From NCBI GenBank assembly GCA_052388515.1, contig JBQTHZ010000077.1, forward strand, positions 6,351 through 70,350: 64,000 nt of DNA. Reading direction: 5' to 3'. Numbering within the stretch: position 1 is the stretch's first letter; each line of letters opens with the position of its first letter. This document shows, in pieces, positions 38,616 through 48,695 of this stretch. Position numbers and translations under genes: made by a program. The DNA comes from Chloroflexota bacterium. GTDB lineage: Bacteria; Chloroflexota; Limnocylindria; QHBO01. Below the pieces are notes generated by a model, which did not search any database, was not told the DNA's origin, and saw only the letters and a program-made list of their open reading frames with translations.

Positions 38616-41469
38616 CCGCGAGCCGGCGGAGCACCGTCTGCAGGACGCCGCCGTTGCGCAGGTACGTGATGTCGATCGCGCCGTCCATGCGAGAGATCAC
38701 GCGGAAGCGGGTCTCACGCCCATCGTCACCGCGAGCAACCACGGTCAGCTCCTGTCGAGGGCGAAGCCCATCGGCAAGGCCGACCACGTCGAACGTCTCC
38801 CGCCCGCTCAGCCCGAGCGAGGACGCGCTCTCCCCAGGCAGATATTGGAACGGCAGAATCCCCATGCCGACCAGGTTGGACCGATGGATCCGCTCATACG
38901 ACTCGGCGATGACGGCACGTACGCCCTGGAGCATCGGACCCTTGGCGGCCCAGTCGCGCGATGAGCCGGAGCCGTACTCCTTTCCGGCCAGCAGGATGAG
39001 CGGCGTGCCGTCATCGGCGTACCGCATGGCCGCGTCGAAGATGCTCATCCGCTCGCCCGAGGGGATGTGCTCGGTGACGTTGCCCTCGTCATCCGGCGTG
39101 AGGAGGTTGCGCAGCCGGATGTTGGCGAACGTGCCGCGCATCATCACCTCGTGATGGCCGCGACGCGATCCGTACGAGTTGAAGTCGCGCGGCTCAACGC
39201 CGTGGGCAACCAGCCACTCTCCCGCGGGTGACGTGCGCGCGATCGAGCCCGCCGGCGAGATGTGGTCGGTGGTCACGCTGTCGCCCAGCATCGCCAGGGC
39301 TCGCGCGCCGCTGATGTCGGGTGGATCGGCGGGCCCATCCCCCATCCCGTCGAAGAAGGTCGGACGGGCCACGTACGTCGATTCGGGGTCCCACGCGTAC
39401 CGGTCACCGGCCGGCACCGGAAGGTTGCGCCATCGGTCGTCGCCGTCGAAGACCGATGCGTAGTTGCGCGTGAAGATCTCGCCGCTGACGGCCTCGAGGA
39501 CGACGCTCGCGACCTCCTTCGGGCTCGGCCAGATGTCGGCCAGCATGACCGGGGCTCCGTCGCGATCGGTCCCGAGCGACTCGGTGGTCAGGTCGATGTC
39601 GACCCGCCCGGCCAGCGCAAAGGCCACGACAAGGGGTGGCGACGCGAGGTACGAGGCCCGAGCCAGGGGGTGAATGCGGCCCTCGAAGTTGCGGTTGCCC
39701 GACAGGACCGCCACGCCTGCGATGTCGTTCGCCTCGATCGCATCTGCCACCGGCTCCGCCAGCGGGCCGGAGTTACCGATACAGGTCGTGCATCCGTAGC
39801 CGACCAGGTGGAAGCGGAGCGCTTCGAGTGGATCCATCAGGCCCGCCGCATTGAGATAGTCGGTCACGGCGCGTGAGCCCGGAGCCAGCGACGTCTTCAC
39901 CCATGGCTTCGTCGTCATGCCGCGCTCGACCGCATTCCGAGCCAGCAGGCCGGCAGCCACCATGACCGATGGGTTGCTGGTGTTCGTGCAGGAGGTGATG
40001 GCGGCGATCACCACCGAGCCCGTGCGAATCTTGTGGCGCTGCCCATCGAGGCGAATTTCGGCTGCCTTGTAGTGCGCGTCGCCCGACAGCGCCACGGGCT
40101 CATGCCGATCGGGTGCACGCTCGGCCTTCTGCCCGGCCTGGGGGTCACGGGTGTACGACGGCGGGTCCGAAGCCGGGAAGGACTCATCGCTGGCTTCGTC
40201 GACGGTCCCCCGGCCTTCGGCGCCGGTCGTCGTCGGGTGCTGGTGGACCTCACCATCGGCGTGGGTGTGAAGCCCGTTCGGGAAGGCTGCCTGGAAGCTG
40301 GTGCGCATGTCGGACAGCGCCACGCGATCCTGCGGGCGTCTGGGCCCGGCCAGCGACGGCACGACCGTCGACAGGTCGAGGCTGAGCGCCTCGCTGAAGA
40401 TCGGCTCGGGAGACTGGTCGGTTCGGAAGAGGCCCTGTGCCCTGGCGTAGGCCTCGACCCGCTCCACCACCTCGTCCGGACGGCCGGTCATGCGCAGGTA
40501 GCGGAGCGTCTCGTCGTCGATCGGGAAGAGCGTGGCGGTCGCCCCACATTCCGGGGACATGTTCGAGATCGTGGCCCGGTCGGCGAGGCCGAGATGGCTC
40601 AGCCCGGGACCGTAGAACTCGACAAACTTGCCGACCACGCCGTGCGCGCGAAGCTGCTCGGTGACGTACAGAACGAGGTCGGTGGCGGTGGCACCCGACG
40701 GCAGCTCGCCGTCGAGGCGGAAACCCACGACGATCGGCATCGGCTGGTAGCAGGGCTGGCCGAGCAGCGCCGCCTCCGCCTCGATGCCACCCACGCCCCA
40801 GCCGACGACGCCGAGCCCGTTGATCATCGTGGTGTGCGAGTCGGTGCCGACCAGCGTGTCCGGCAGCAGGAGGCCATCGCGCTCGGCGACGACGTCGGCC
40901 AGGAACTCGAGGTTGACCTGGTGCACGATCCCGGTCCCCGGAGGGACGACCCGGAAGTCGGCGAACGCCTGCTGTGCCCAGCGCAGCAGCGCATAGCGCT
41001 CGCCGTTGCGCTCGTACTCGCGGTCCACGTTGATGAGGAACGCGGCATCGGAGCCGAACTGGTCGACCTGCACGCTGTGATCGATGACGAGATCGGCGGG
41101 GACAAGGGGGTTGATCCTGGACGGGTCGCCGCCCATCTCGGCCAGCGCGTCGCGCATGGCGGCGAGGTCGACGACGCACGGCACGCCGGTGAAGTCCTGG
41201 AGAATGACGCGGGCCGGCATGAAGGGCACCTCCGCCTCGGCGGGCTGCGTCGGATCCCAGGTGGCGAGCGTCCGCACGTCGTCCGCGGAGACGAGGTCGG
41301 GATGCCTGTCCGCCCCGCGGAGCATGTTCTCCAGCAGCACCTTCACCGTGTACGGCAGGCGTTCGAGGTTCGGGGCAGCGGCGGCATCGAGCCGGTAGTA
41401 GTCGTACGTGCGGTCGCCGACGCGAAGCGTATCGCGGGCGCTCCCGGGATCGGATGGATGTGACGTCAC
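38608..41469 (-). CDS. acnA: Aconitate hydratase A
   Basis: About 954 aa from GTG at 41469 (VTSHPSDPGSARDTL...). AAAGGAGG ribosome-binding site 5 nt upstream. Full aconitase domains with the Fe-S cysteines. The first 281 residues of the 1234-aa track ORF are a non-homologous upstream extension. Confidence 0.9.
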   Translation of the reverse strand: MTSHPSDPGSARDTLRVGDRTYDYYRLDAAAAPNLERLPYTVKVLLENMLRGADRHPDLVSADDVRTLATWDPTQPAEAEVPFMPARVILQDFTGVPCVVDLAAMRDALAEMGGDPSRINPLVPADLVIDHSVQVDQFGSDAAFLINVDREYERNGERYALLRWAQQAFADFRVVPPGTGIVHQVNLEFLADVVAERDGLLLPDTLVGTDSHTTMINGLGVVGWGVGGIEAEAALLGQPCYQPMPIVVGFRLDGELPSGATATDLVLYVTEQLRAHGVVGKFVEFYGPGLSHLGLADRATISNMSPECGATATLFPIDDETLRYLRMTGRPDEVVERVEAYARAQGLFRTDQSPEPIFSEALSLDLSTVVPSLAGPRRPQDRVALSDMRTSFQAAFPNGLHTHADGEVHQHPTTTGAEGRGTVDEASDESFPASDPPSYTRDPQAGQKAERAPDRHEPVALSGDAHYKAAEIRLDGQRHKIRTGSVVIAAITSCTNTSNPSVMVAAGLLARNAVERGMTTKPWVKTSLAPGSRAVTDYLNAAGLMDPLEALRFHLVGYGCTTCIGNSGPLAEPVADAIEANDIAGVAVLSGNRNFEGRIHPLARASYLASPPLVVAFALAGRVDIDLTTESLGTDRDGAPVMLADIWPSPKEVASVVLEAVSGEIFTRNYASVFDGDDRWRNLPVPAGDRYAWDPESTYVARPTFFDGMGDGPADPPDISGARALAMLGDSVTTDHISPAGSIARTSPAGEWLVAHGVEPRDFNSYGSRRGHHEVMMRGTFANIRLRNLLTPDDEGNVTEHIPSGERMSIFDAAMRYADDGTPLILLAGKEYGSGSSRDWAAKGPMLQGVRAVIAESYERIHRSNLVGMGILPFQYLPGESASSLGLSGRETFDVVGLADGLRPRQELTVVARGDDGRETRFRVISRMDGAIDITYLRNGGVLQTVLRRLAAG

Positions 41470-41541
41470 GGTCGCCTCCTTTCGGGGCCACGCCCCGCCT
41501 GCAGGCAGGAGCGGCATCGGTCGAAGTTCGGCGCCGGACGG

Positions 41542-43275
41542 GTGCGCCCGTCCCGGGTCGAGGAAGGGCTCCAGTATACGCCGGAGCGGTGCGACAATCG
41601 ACCCACCGTGATCGAGCGTCGCTGGTTCGCCATCGGCATTGCGCTGCTGCTCCCGTTGCTCGGGCTCGGCCTGCTGGTGCTCCGTCCCGATCTCGACCTG
41701 CGCTGGGAGCACCATCCGAGCCACTTCTGGCTGGTGCTCGCGGCGGCCGTGGTGAGCGTCGCGCTGGCGTACCTCACCAACGAGGCGGCAAGCCGCCACG
41801 CGGACGCTCGCATCTTCCTCGTCTCGCTCGCGTTTCTGCTCAGCGCCGGCTTCCTCGGGCTCCATGCGCTGGCGACTCCCGGAGTGCTGCTGCCCGAGCC
41901 GAACGCCGGGTTCGTGATCGCCACCCCGGTCGGCCTGATCCTGGCGTCCATCCTGTCGGCGGCATCTGTCAGCCGGCTGGCGGGGCCGCGCGCGACGGCC
42001 GTCCTGCGCCACCGCGGATGGCTGCGCTGGGGCGCCATCGGCCTGCTGGCCGCGTGGGGCGCGGCGTCGCTCCTGGGCCTGGAGCCGCTGCGCAGCGCGA
42101 TGCCCTCGGAGGCTCTGTCCGGGCCGATCGGGATCGTGGCGGCGGTCGCGGTGATCCTCTATGGCTATGCAGCGTGGCGGTATTTCGGCATCGCTCGCCG
42201 TCGAGCGAGCCCGGTGGCGCTGGCCTTCGTCGGAGCCCTCGTCCTGCTGGCGGAGGCGATGACCGCGGTCGCGTTGAGCCGCACCTGGCGCCTCAGCTGG
42301 TGGGAGTGGCACGTCCTGATGACGCTGGCGTTCGCCGTCATTGCGCTGGCCGCGCGCGCCGAGTACCGGCGCACCGGGTCACTGGTGGCCGCCCTTCGGC
42401 CGATCTACCGTGACGCGACCCTGGCACACATCGATCGCTGGCATGGACGGGCGCTGGCCGACCTGGCAGAGCGGGAGGCGCGTGGCGAGCCGATCGACAG
42501 CGTGGTCCAGGACCTGCGCGGCGACGGTGCGTCGGTCGAGGAGATCGGCCTGCTCACCGCCGCCGCTCGCGAGATGCGGCGCGTCGACGAGCTCTTCCGT
42601 CCATACCTGCCCCAGCACGTGGCGGAGCGCCTGCGCGCCACGCCCGACATCGGCCGGCTGGGTGGCGAGACGCGGACGGTGAGCGCGCTGTTCGCCGATC
42701 TCGCCGGGTTCACCTCGTTCAGCGAGGAGCGAGAGCCGGCCGAGGTCATCTCGATGCTCAACACGTACTGGGCATCGGTCGTTCCGATCATCGACGCCTC
42801 CGGCGGCAGCATCGAGCACTTCGCCGGCGACGGCGTGCTCGTCCTGTTCAATGCCTTCGTCGACCAGGCCGATCACGCTGCGCGGGCCGCTCGCTGCGCG
42901 CTTGCCATGGTGCAGGAAACGAATGCGATTGCCACCGAGCACGAGTGGCCGCGTTTCCGCGTCGGCATCAACAGTGGCCCCGTGGTGGCCGGCACAGTCG
43001 GTGCCGCGGCCCGCCGTTCATTCGCCACCATCGGCGACACCACCAATCTTGCGTCGCGCCTGATGAGCGCCGCCGAGCCGGGCCAGATCGTGGTCGGACC
43101 GAGCACTCAACAGCTGCTGGAGCCGATGACCGACCTCGATTTGCGTTCGCTCGGGCCGATCCGGGTCAAGGGAAAGCGCGAGCCGATCGGGGCATGGGTG
43201 CTGGGCTCCCTCTCTCGATCCACCGAGACCATCGCGCCGGAAGGCCATGGGAAGCGCGATTCTCGCGATCCATGA
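41542..43275 (+). CDS. Membrane-anchored class III adenylate/guanylate cyclase
   Basis: About 6 N-terminal TM helices, then a CHD cyclase domain (FADLAGFTSFSE...GDGVLVLF...INSGPVVAGTVG). The true start may be internal. Confidence 0.75.
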   Translation: MRPSRVEEGLQYTPERCDNRPTVIERRWFAIGIALLLPLLGLGLLVLRPDLDLRWEHHPSHFWLVLAAAVVSVALAYLTNEAASRHADARIFLVSLAFLLSAGFLGLHALATPGVLLPEPNAGFVIATPVGLILASILSAASVSRLAGPRATAVLRHRGWLRWGAIGLLAAWGAASLLGLEPLRSAMPSEALSGPIGIVAAVAVILYGYAAWRYFGIARRRASPVALAFVGALVLLAEAMTAVALSRTWRLSWWEWHVLMTLAFAVIALAARAEYRRTGSLVAALRPIYRDATLAHIDRWHGRALADLAEREARGEPIDSVVQDLRGDGASVEEIGLLTAAAREMRRVDELFRPYLPQHVAERLRATPDIGRLGGETRTVSALFADLAGFTSFSEEREPAEVISMLNTYWASVVPIIDASGGSIEHFAGDGVLVLFNAFVDQADHAARAARCALAMVQETNAIATEHEWPRFRVGINSGPVVAGTVGAAARRSFATIGDTTNLASRLMSAAEPGQIVVGPSTQQLLEPMTDLDLRSLGPIRVKGKREPIGAWVLGSLSRSTETIAPEGHGKRDSRDP

Positions 43276-43289
43276 CCACCTCGCGCGCC

Positions 43290-43310
43290 TGAAGCGCGCC
43301 GCGGGGCGGG
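43290..43310 (+). terminator. Putative hairpin terminator between the convergent cyclase and mfd genes
   Basis: GCGCGC-ctgaa-GCGCGC stem-loop about 15 nt after the cyclase stop. No U-tract. Confidence 0.25.
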
Positions 43311-43414
43311 GCTCAGGCGTGCTGGTCCGTCACAGACTGCGAGAACCTCGCCGCGGATGAGCTTCGGGCGGCTATGGCTCGCTGCGTCGAGACGAAGGCG
43401 GCGGCGAAACGATC

Positions 43415-46400
43415 TCAGCCGGGTTTGAGCGCCTCCAACGCCCGCACGGCCACGTCGACTGGATCGCGGTCGGCCCCGACCGGGATGCGGACCTGGTTCG
43501 AGGCCGTGTCGGGGCGGAACCCGGCCACCTGCAGCGCAACGCTCACCTCGCGGCGATCAGGCATGCGTGCCCACTTCAGCGTCACCTGGCGCTCCTCGGC
43601 TCGAACCTCCGGCACGCCGGCAGCCTCGGCCGCAAGGCGCACGCGGACCGCGGCGAAGAGGCCTTCGACGGGCATCGGAATCGGTCCATATCGGTCGCGC
43701 AGCTCGGCGCGGACGGCATCCGCATCGGCCGCCGAGCGAATCCTCGCGAAGCGCCGATACGCTTCCAACTTGCCGCCCGAGTCCTCGACGTAGTCGTCCG
43801 GCAGGAACGCGGAGCCCGGCAGGTCCAGCCGGACGGGCGACGGCTCCGGCGCCGGACGGCGGCCGCGGAGCGTATCGACCGCCTCGGCCAGCAGGCGGGT
43901 ATACATCTCGAAGCCGACGGCTGCCATGAAGCCATGCTGCTCGGCGCCCAGGATATTGCCGGCGCCACGGATCTCCAGGTCGGACAGCGCGATCTGGTAC
44001 CCGGCGCCGAGGTCCGAGGCACTGAAGATGGCATGCAGCCGCTTGCGGGCGATCGGTGTCAGAGGCATGCCGCGACGGTGGAGCAGGTAGGCGTGCGCGC
44101 GGCGATCGGATCGGCCAACCCGTCCTCGCAGCTGATAGAGCTGCGCCAGTCCGAAGGTGTCGGCACGCACGATGATGATCGTGTTGGCGTTGGGAAGGTC
44201 CAGCCCGGACTCGATGATGGTGGTGCACACCAGCACGTCGAACCGCCCCTCGCTGAAGTCGAGCATGACCCGCTCGAGCATGCCCTCCGCCATCTGCCCA
44301 TGACCGATGGCGATCCGCGCACCCGGGACCAGGCGACGCACGCGCTCGGCGGCCGCCTCGATCGTCTCGACCCGGTTGTGGACGTAGAAGACCTGCCCGC
44401 CACGATCGAGCTCGCGGCTGATCGCGTCGCGCACGAGGCCATCGTCATCCTCGGCGATACGGGTCTGAATCGGTAATCGAGCCTCCGGCGGCGTCTCGAT
44501 GACGCTCAGGTCGCGGATCCCGACCAGCGAGAGATGAAGCGTGCGCGGGATCGGCGTGGCCGAGAGGGTCAGGACGTCGACCTCGCGCCGCATCGCCTTG
44601 ATGCGCTCCTTGTGCGAGACGCCGAACCGCTGCTCCTCATCGACCACCAGCAGGCCGAGGTCGGCAAAGCTGATGTCCTTCGACAGGATCCGATGCGTCC
44701 CGATCAGGAGGTCGACGCTCCCGTCGGAGACGCCCTCGACGATGCGCTCCTGCTCCTTCTTCGAGACGAAGCGGGAGAGCATCCCGACCCGGATCGGAAA
44801 GGCGGCCAGGCGGCGCCGGAAGGTGATGAGGTGCTGCTGGGCCAGCACGGTGGTCGGCACCAGCACGGCGACCTGCTTGCCGTCCTGGATCGCCTTGAAG
44901 GCGGCGCGCAGCGCGACCTCGGTCTTGCCGTAGCCGACGTCGCCCACGACGAGCCGATCCATCGGCCGTTGCCTGAGCATGTCGGCCTTGACCTCCTCGA
45001 TGCTGCGCGCCTGGTCGAGCGTCTCGGTGTACGGGAAGCTCTCCTCCAGCTCGCGCTGCCAGGTCGTATCGGAGCTGAAGGCGAATCCGGCAGCCGATTC
45101 GCGCGCGGCGTAGATCTCGATCAGCTCACGGGCAAGATCCCCGACGGCGCGCCGCACGCGCGTCTTCGTCCGCTCCCACTCCGTCCCGCCAAGCTTGCTC
45201 AGGCCCGGCGCCGGCCCGCCGCTGTAGCGGGTGATGCGGCCGATCTGGTCGGCCGGCAGGAAGATCTTGTCGGTGCCCGCGAAGTCGAGCTGGAGATACT
45301 CCTTCACGTCGTCGCCGAATGTGCGCTGCGTCATCCCGGCATAGCGCGCGATCCCGTGATCGACGTGCACGACGTGATCGCCCGGCTGGAGCTTGCCGAT
45401 CAGGTCGCGGGTGACCACCCGCTTCCCGCTCGTCAGCCGTCGGACGCGCGTTGCGCCGAACAGCTCGCGGTCGGTGAGCAGCAGCAGGCCGCTCGGCCCA
45501 TGGCTGAAGCCCGCCGAGAGGGACCCATGGACGAGGCCGATCGACCCGGGCTCGGGCGGCGATCGCAGCTCGGCCACCGATGCCGTTCCTCGCCCGGCTT
45601 CATCCAGCAGCTCGCCGACGCGGCTGGCCTGGTCGGTGGTCACGACGACGCGCCGGCCGCCGGCCGCAAGCTCGAGGAGCCACGAGCCGGCCCGTTCGGC
45701 CCTGCCGGGCAGCGGCGGCGCCGCACCGTAGCCGGCGTCCTGCGCGCGCGCCTCTTCGAGCCGCTCGGCGGCGCGGGCGGTCAGCGTCTCGAGCGTCCCG
45801 AATGCGTCGTACGGGGCGGGCCATGCGTTCGGAATCTCCCCGGCCGCCACCAGGCTGGCGTGACGATCGCCCGCCTGCGCGTCGAGGCCACGCGCGAGCG
45901 CCGTCAGCTCGTCGTGGTCGGTGAGGACGAGGTGCGCTGTCTCCGGAATGTGGTCGGCCGCGGGACCGGCGGTGAGCAGCGCCGCCCACGTCTCGGCCGC
46001 TTCGCCCAGATCACCCTGCTCGAGGCGCGCCAGGTCCTCACGCAGCTGGTCGGACGGCAGGGAGGGAGCGGGATCGCCGATCGCCTCCCAACCGCCGGCG
46101 GGAAGGAATTCGGACGCGGGCAGCAGCTCGACCGCGGTCAGCTTCCTGCGCGACGCCTGCGTCATCGGGTCGAAGCCGCGGATCGACTCGATCTCGTCCC
46201 CGAACAGCTCGATCCGGACCGGCCCGGTCGCACCCGACGGCCAAGCGTCGATGAGCCCGCCCCGGATGGCGAACTCGGCGATCCCGGTGACCTCGACGAC
46301 CGGGTCGTAGCCGCCGGCCACGAGTGCCGAGAGGAGCTCGCGCTGCGGGATCCGCTCGCCGACCCGCAGCGTCGTCCGCCCGTCTCGCACCTGGTCCGGG

Positions 46401-46801
46401 CTGAGCGTGCGCTGGACGAGCGCCAGCAGCGAGGCGACCACCGCCAGGCCGTGCTCCGACCCCAGCGCAGCCAGGACGCTCAGCCGCTCGGTGGACTCGT
46501 CGTGCTCCGGCAGCGCGCGCTCGAGCGGCAGGGCGGCGCGCTCGGGCAGGATCCGCAGATGAGCGCCACCGATCCAGCCCGCAAGATCGTCAACCACCCG
46601 ATGCGCCTCCTCGTCGGTCCGCGTGACGACGACCATCGGGCGAGCGGCCGCGACCTCCGCTCGGCGGCCGGCCAGGTGCGCCGCGCGCGCGGCGGCGGGC
46701 ACACGAAGCACGCCCGAATGCGGCAGATGGGGCCGAAGGGCGTCGATGAGCGCAGCAACGCGGCGATCGCCGCCGCGTGAAGAAGCCATGGACCGGCCCA
46801 T
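43415..46801 (-). CDS. mfd: Transcription-repair coupling factor
   Basis: 1128 aa. UvrB-homology N-terminal domain, RNAP-interaction domain, superfamily 2 helicase motifs (GDVGYGKTEV, DEEQRFG), TRCF C-terminus. Confidence 0.9.
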   Translation of the reverse strand: MGRSMASSRGGDRRVAALIDALRPHLPHSGVLRVPAAARAAHLAGRRAEVAAARPMVVVTRTDEEAHRVVDDLAGWIGGAHLRILPERAALPLERALPEHDESTERLSVLAALGSEHGLAVVASLLALVQRTLSPDQVRDGRTTLRVGERIPQRELLSALVAGGYDPVVEVTGIAEFAIRGGLIDAWPSGATGPVRIELFGDEIESIRGFDPMTQASRRKLTAVELLPASEFLPAGGWEAIGDPAPSLPSDQLREDLARLEQGDLGEAAETWAALLTAGPAADHIPETAHLVLTDHDELTALARGLDAQAGDRHASLVAAGEIPNAWPAPYDAFGTLETLTARAAERLEEARAQDAGYGAAPPLPGRAERAGSWLLELAAGGRRVVVTTDQASRVGELLDEAGRGTASVAELRSPPEPGSIGLVHGSLSAGFSHGPSGLLLLTDRELFGATRVRRLTSGKRVVTRDLIGKLQPGDHVVHVDHGIARYAGMTQRTFGDDVKEYLQLDFAGTDKIFLPADQIGRITRYSGGPAPGLSKLGGTEWERTKTRVRRAVGDLARELIEIYAARESAAGFAFSSDTTWQRELEESFPYTETLDQARSIEEVKADMLRQRPMDRLVVGDVGYGKTEVALRAAFKAIQDGKQVAVLVPTTVLAQQHLITFRRRLAAFPIRVGMLSRFVSKKEQERIVEGVSDGSVDLLIGTHRILSKDISFADLGLLVVDEEQRFGVSHKERIKAMRREVDVLTLSATPIPRTLHLSLVGIRDLSVIETPPEARLPIQTRIAEDDDGLVRDAISRELDRGGQVFYVHNRVETIEAAAERVRRLVPGARIAIGHGQMAEGMLERVMLDFSEGRFDVLVCTTIIESGLDLPNANTIIIVRADTFGLAQLYQLRGRVGRSDRRAHAYLLHRRGMPLTPIARKRLHAIFSASDLGAGYQIALSDLEIRGAGNILGAEQHGFMAAVGFEMYTRLLAEAVDTLRGRRPAPEPSPVRLDLPGSAFLPDDYVEDSGGKLEAYRRFARIRSAADADAVRAELRDRYGPIPMPVEGLFAAVRVRLAAEAAGVPEVRAEERQVTLKWARMPDRREVSVALQVAGFRPDTASNQVRIPVGADRDPVDVAVRALEALKPG

Positions 46802-46822
46802 GGTAGCGGGGCCGCGATGGCG

Positions 46823-47398
46823 CTATTCGACCTCGACGCCGTTGAAGGCGTTCATCGCCTCGTCGACACCATCGCGGAGCCATCGTTCGGCGGCATCGGC
46901 CCCGAGCGCCACCATCTCGTCTGCGAGCTCTCGCTCGTCCGGCTTGAACCCAGCCAGGACATGGTCGACGGCCTCGCCTGCCCGTCCGACCCCGATCCGC
47001 AGCCGGTTGAACTCGTTGGTCCCGAACGAGGCGATGATGTCGCGCAGCCCGTTATGACCGCCCGCAGATCCGGACCTGCGCAGCCGGATGCGACCGAGTG
47101 GGAGGTCGATGTCGTCGGCCACCACCAGCAGCTGTGACGTGACGTCGACATCGGTCTGGCGCAATGCGGCGCGCAGGGGGCCGCCCGACAGGTTCATGTA
47201 CTTGAGCGGCTTCATCAGCAGCACCTTGCCGATCGGCTCCGGCCGGAGCGCCTCGAGCAGGGCGGCGCCATCGTTGACGCGGCCCTGGCCGGTCAGGCCC
47301 CAGTGGTCCGCGAGCAGGTCGACCACACGGAAGCCGACGTTGTGGCGCGTGAGCCGGTAGCGATCGCCCGGATTGCCGAGGCCGCAGATCACCTTCAT
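46823..47398 (-). CDS. pth: Peptidyl-tRNA hydrolase
   Basis: 191 aa. MKVICGLGNPG...HNVGF...GGHNGLRD signature. Confidence 0.9.
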   Translation of the reverse strand: MKVICGLGNPGDRYRLTRHNVGFRVVDLLADHWGLTGQGRVNDGAALLEALRPEPIGKVLLMKPLKYMNLSGGPLRAALRQTDVDVTSQLLVVADDIDLPLGRIRLRRSGSAGGHNGLRDIIASFGTNEFNRLRIGVGRAGEAVDHVLAGFKPDERELADEMVALGADAAERWLRDGVDEAMNAFNGVEVE

Positions 47399-47435
47399 GC
47401 CCGGCCGATGGTAGTCGGCTCGCTATGCTCGGGCC

Positions 47436-48575
47436 ATGCGAACGGAGATCGTGGTCATCGGTGGAGGCATCATCGGCTGTGCCGCGGCCGCCATCCTTGC
47501 CGATCGCGGGGCGCGCGTCACGCTTGTCGAGCGCGCGGCCATCGGCGCAGGCGCGTCCGGTCGCAACCTCGGCGCCATCCAGCATCCGTTCGACCCGGTA
47601 CTCGCGCCGCTCTACGCCGACAGCCTGGCCCGATACCGGGCACTGGCCGCGACGACGGCCGACTTCGTGATCGGCGATGAGCCGGCAGGGCTGCTTCTCC
47701 TGAACCGCGACGTCGATGCCGCCGCTGTGCAGGCGCGCCGCCAGCAGGACGCCGTCCCCGAGCTGAGGCCGCTCCTGCTGTCGCCGGACGAGGTGGTCCG
47801 CCTCGAGCCATCCCTGCGGCGCGGACCGGCGGCGGTTCGCCTGGCGACCGGCTTCCCGATCCCGCCGGCGTCGGCGACCGCAGCATGGGCCAGGCTGGCG
47901 CAGGATCGCGGCGCGCGGCTCACGCTCGGTTCGGCGGCACGACCGATCATCGAGGGCGGGGCCGCGGTGGGCGTCCGTCTCGACGACACGCTGATCTCGT
48001 CAGATGCCGTGCTCGTCGCCGCCGGGCCATGGACGCCGGCGCTGGTCGACCCGACCGGCGGCTGGGCGCCGATCCGTGCCACCTGGGGCGTGACGTTGCA
48101 ACTGCGCCTCGACGGTGCCGCGCCGCGCCACATCGTGGAGGAGGACGAGCTCGACGCGATCAATCGTGCGGCAGCGGCCACAGCTCGGGCTGCTGCCGAT
48201 GCGGACGTGGACACCGAGCCACCGTCGCTCTTCAGCATCGCCAGTGCCGGCGGCGTCAGCACGCTCGGCTCGACCTTCCTGCCTGCCGAGCCAGATCCGG
48301 CACGGATCGCACCGCTGCTGCTGCGACGCGCGGCCGCCTTCCTGCCAGCCATCGAAGGAGCGGAGATCGTCGAGAGCCGGCTGTGCGCGCGGCCACAGTC
48401 GGTCGACGGACGGCCCTTCATCGGCTCCGTCGCGGGCGTGCGTGCGCTCTACGTCTGCGCCGGCCACGGTCCGTGGGGTATCAGCACCGGACCCGCCTCG
48501 GCCGCGATCGCCGCAAGGATCGTCCTCGACGGCACGCCTCCGCCACCCGAGTTGTCCGCAGGTCGCCTCGCCTGA
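47436..48575 (+). CDS. FAD-dependent oxidoreductase (DAO family; glycine oxidase/D-amino acid dehydrogenase-like)
   Basis: 379 aa. GxGxxG N-terminus (VVIGGGIIGCAAAAILADRG). Confidence 0.65.
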   Translation: MRTEIVVIGGGIIGCAAAAILADRGARVTLVERAAIGAGASGRNLGAIQHPFDPVLAPLYADSLARYRALAATTADFVIGDEPAGLLLLNRDVDAAAVQARRQQDAVPELRPLLLSPDEVVRLEPSLRRGPAAVRLATGFPIPPASATAAWARLAQDRGARLTLGSAARPIIEGGAAVGVRLDDTLISSDAVLVAAGPWTPALVDPTGGWAPIRATWGVTLQLRLDGAAPRHIVEEDELDAINRAAAATARAAADADVDTEPPSLFSIASAGGVSTLGSTFLPAEPDPARIAPLLLRRAAAFLPAIEGAEIVESRLCARPQSVDGRPFIGSVAGVRALYVCAGHGPWGISTGPASAAIAARIVLDGTPPPPELSAGRLA

Positions 48576-48695
48576 CCGAGTTGTGCAGAGTGCACACGTT
48601 TGTCACGGATCGGCCACCCGGATGGGCTGGCATCGGGCCAACATCGGCTTCTAGGCTTCCTGCACAGGTCGATCGCCCCGACGCAGGAGCCACCC

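Noticed and set aside
41470-42312. Apparent 281-aa N-terminal extension of aconitase in the 1234-aa ORF
   Set aside because: Homology to aconitase starts only at the GTG at 41469, which has a strong AAAGGAGG ribosome-binding site. The extension is low-complexity and overlaps the divergent cyclase gene.
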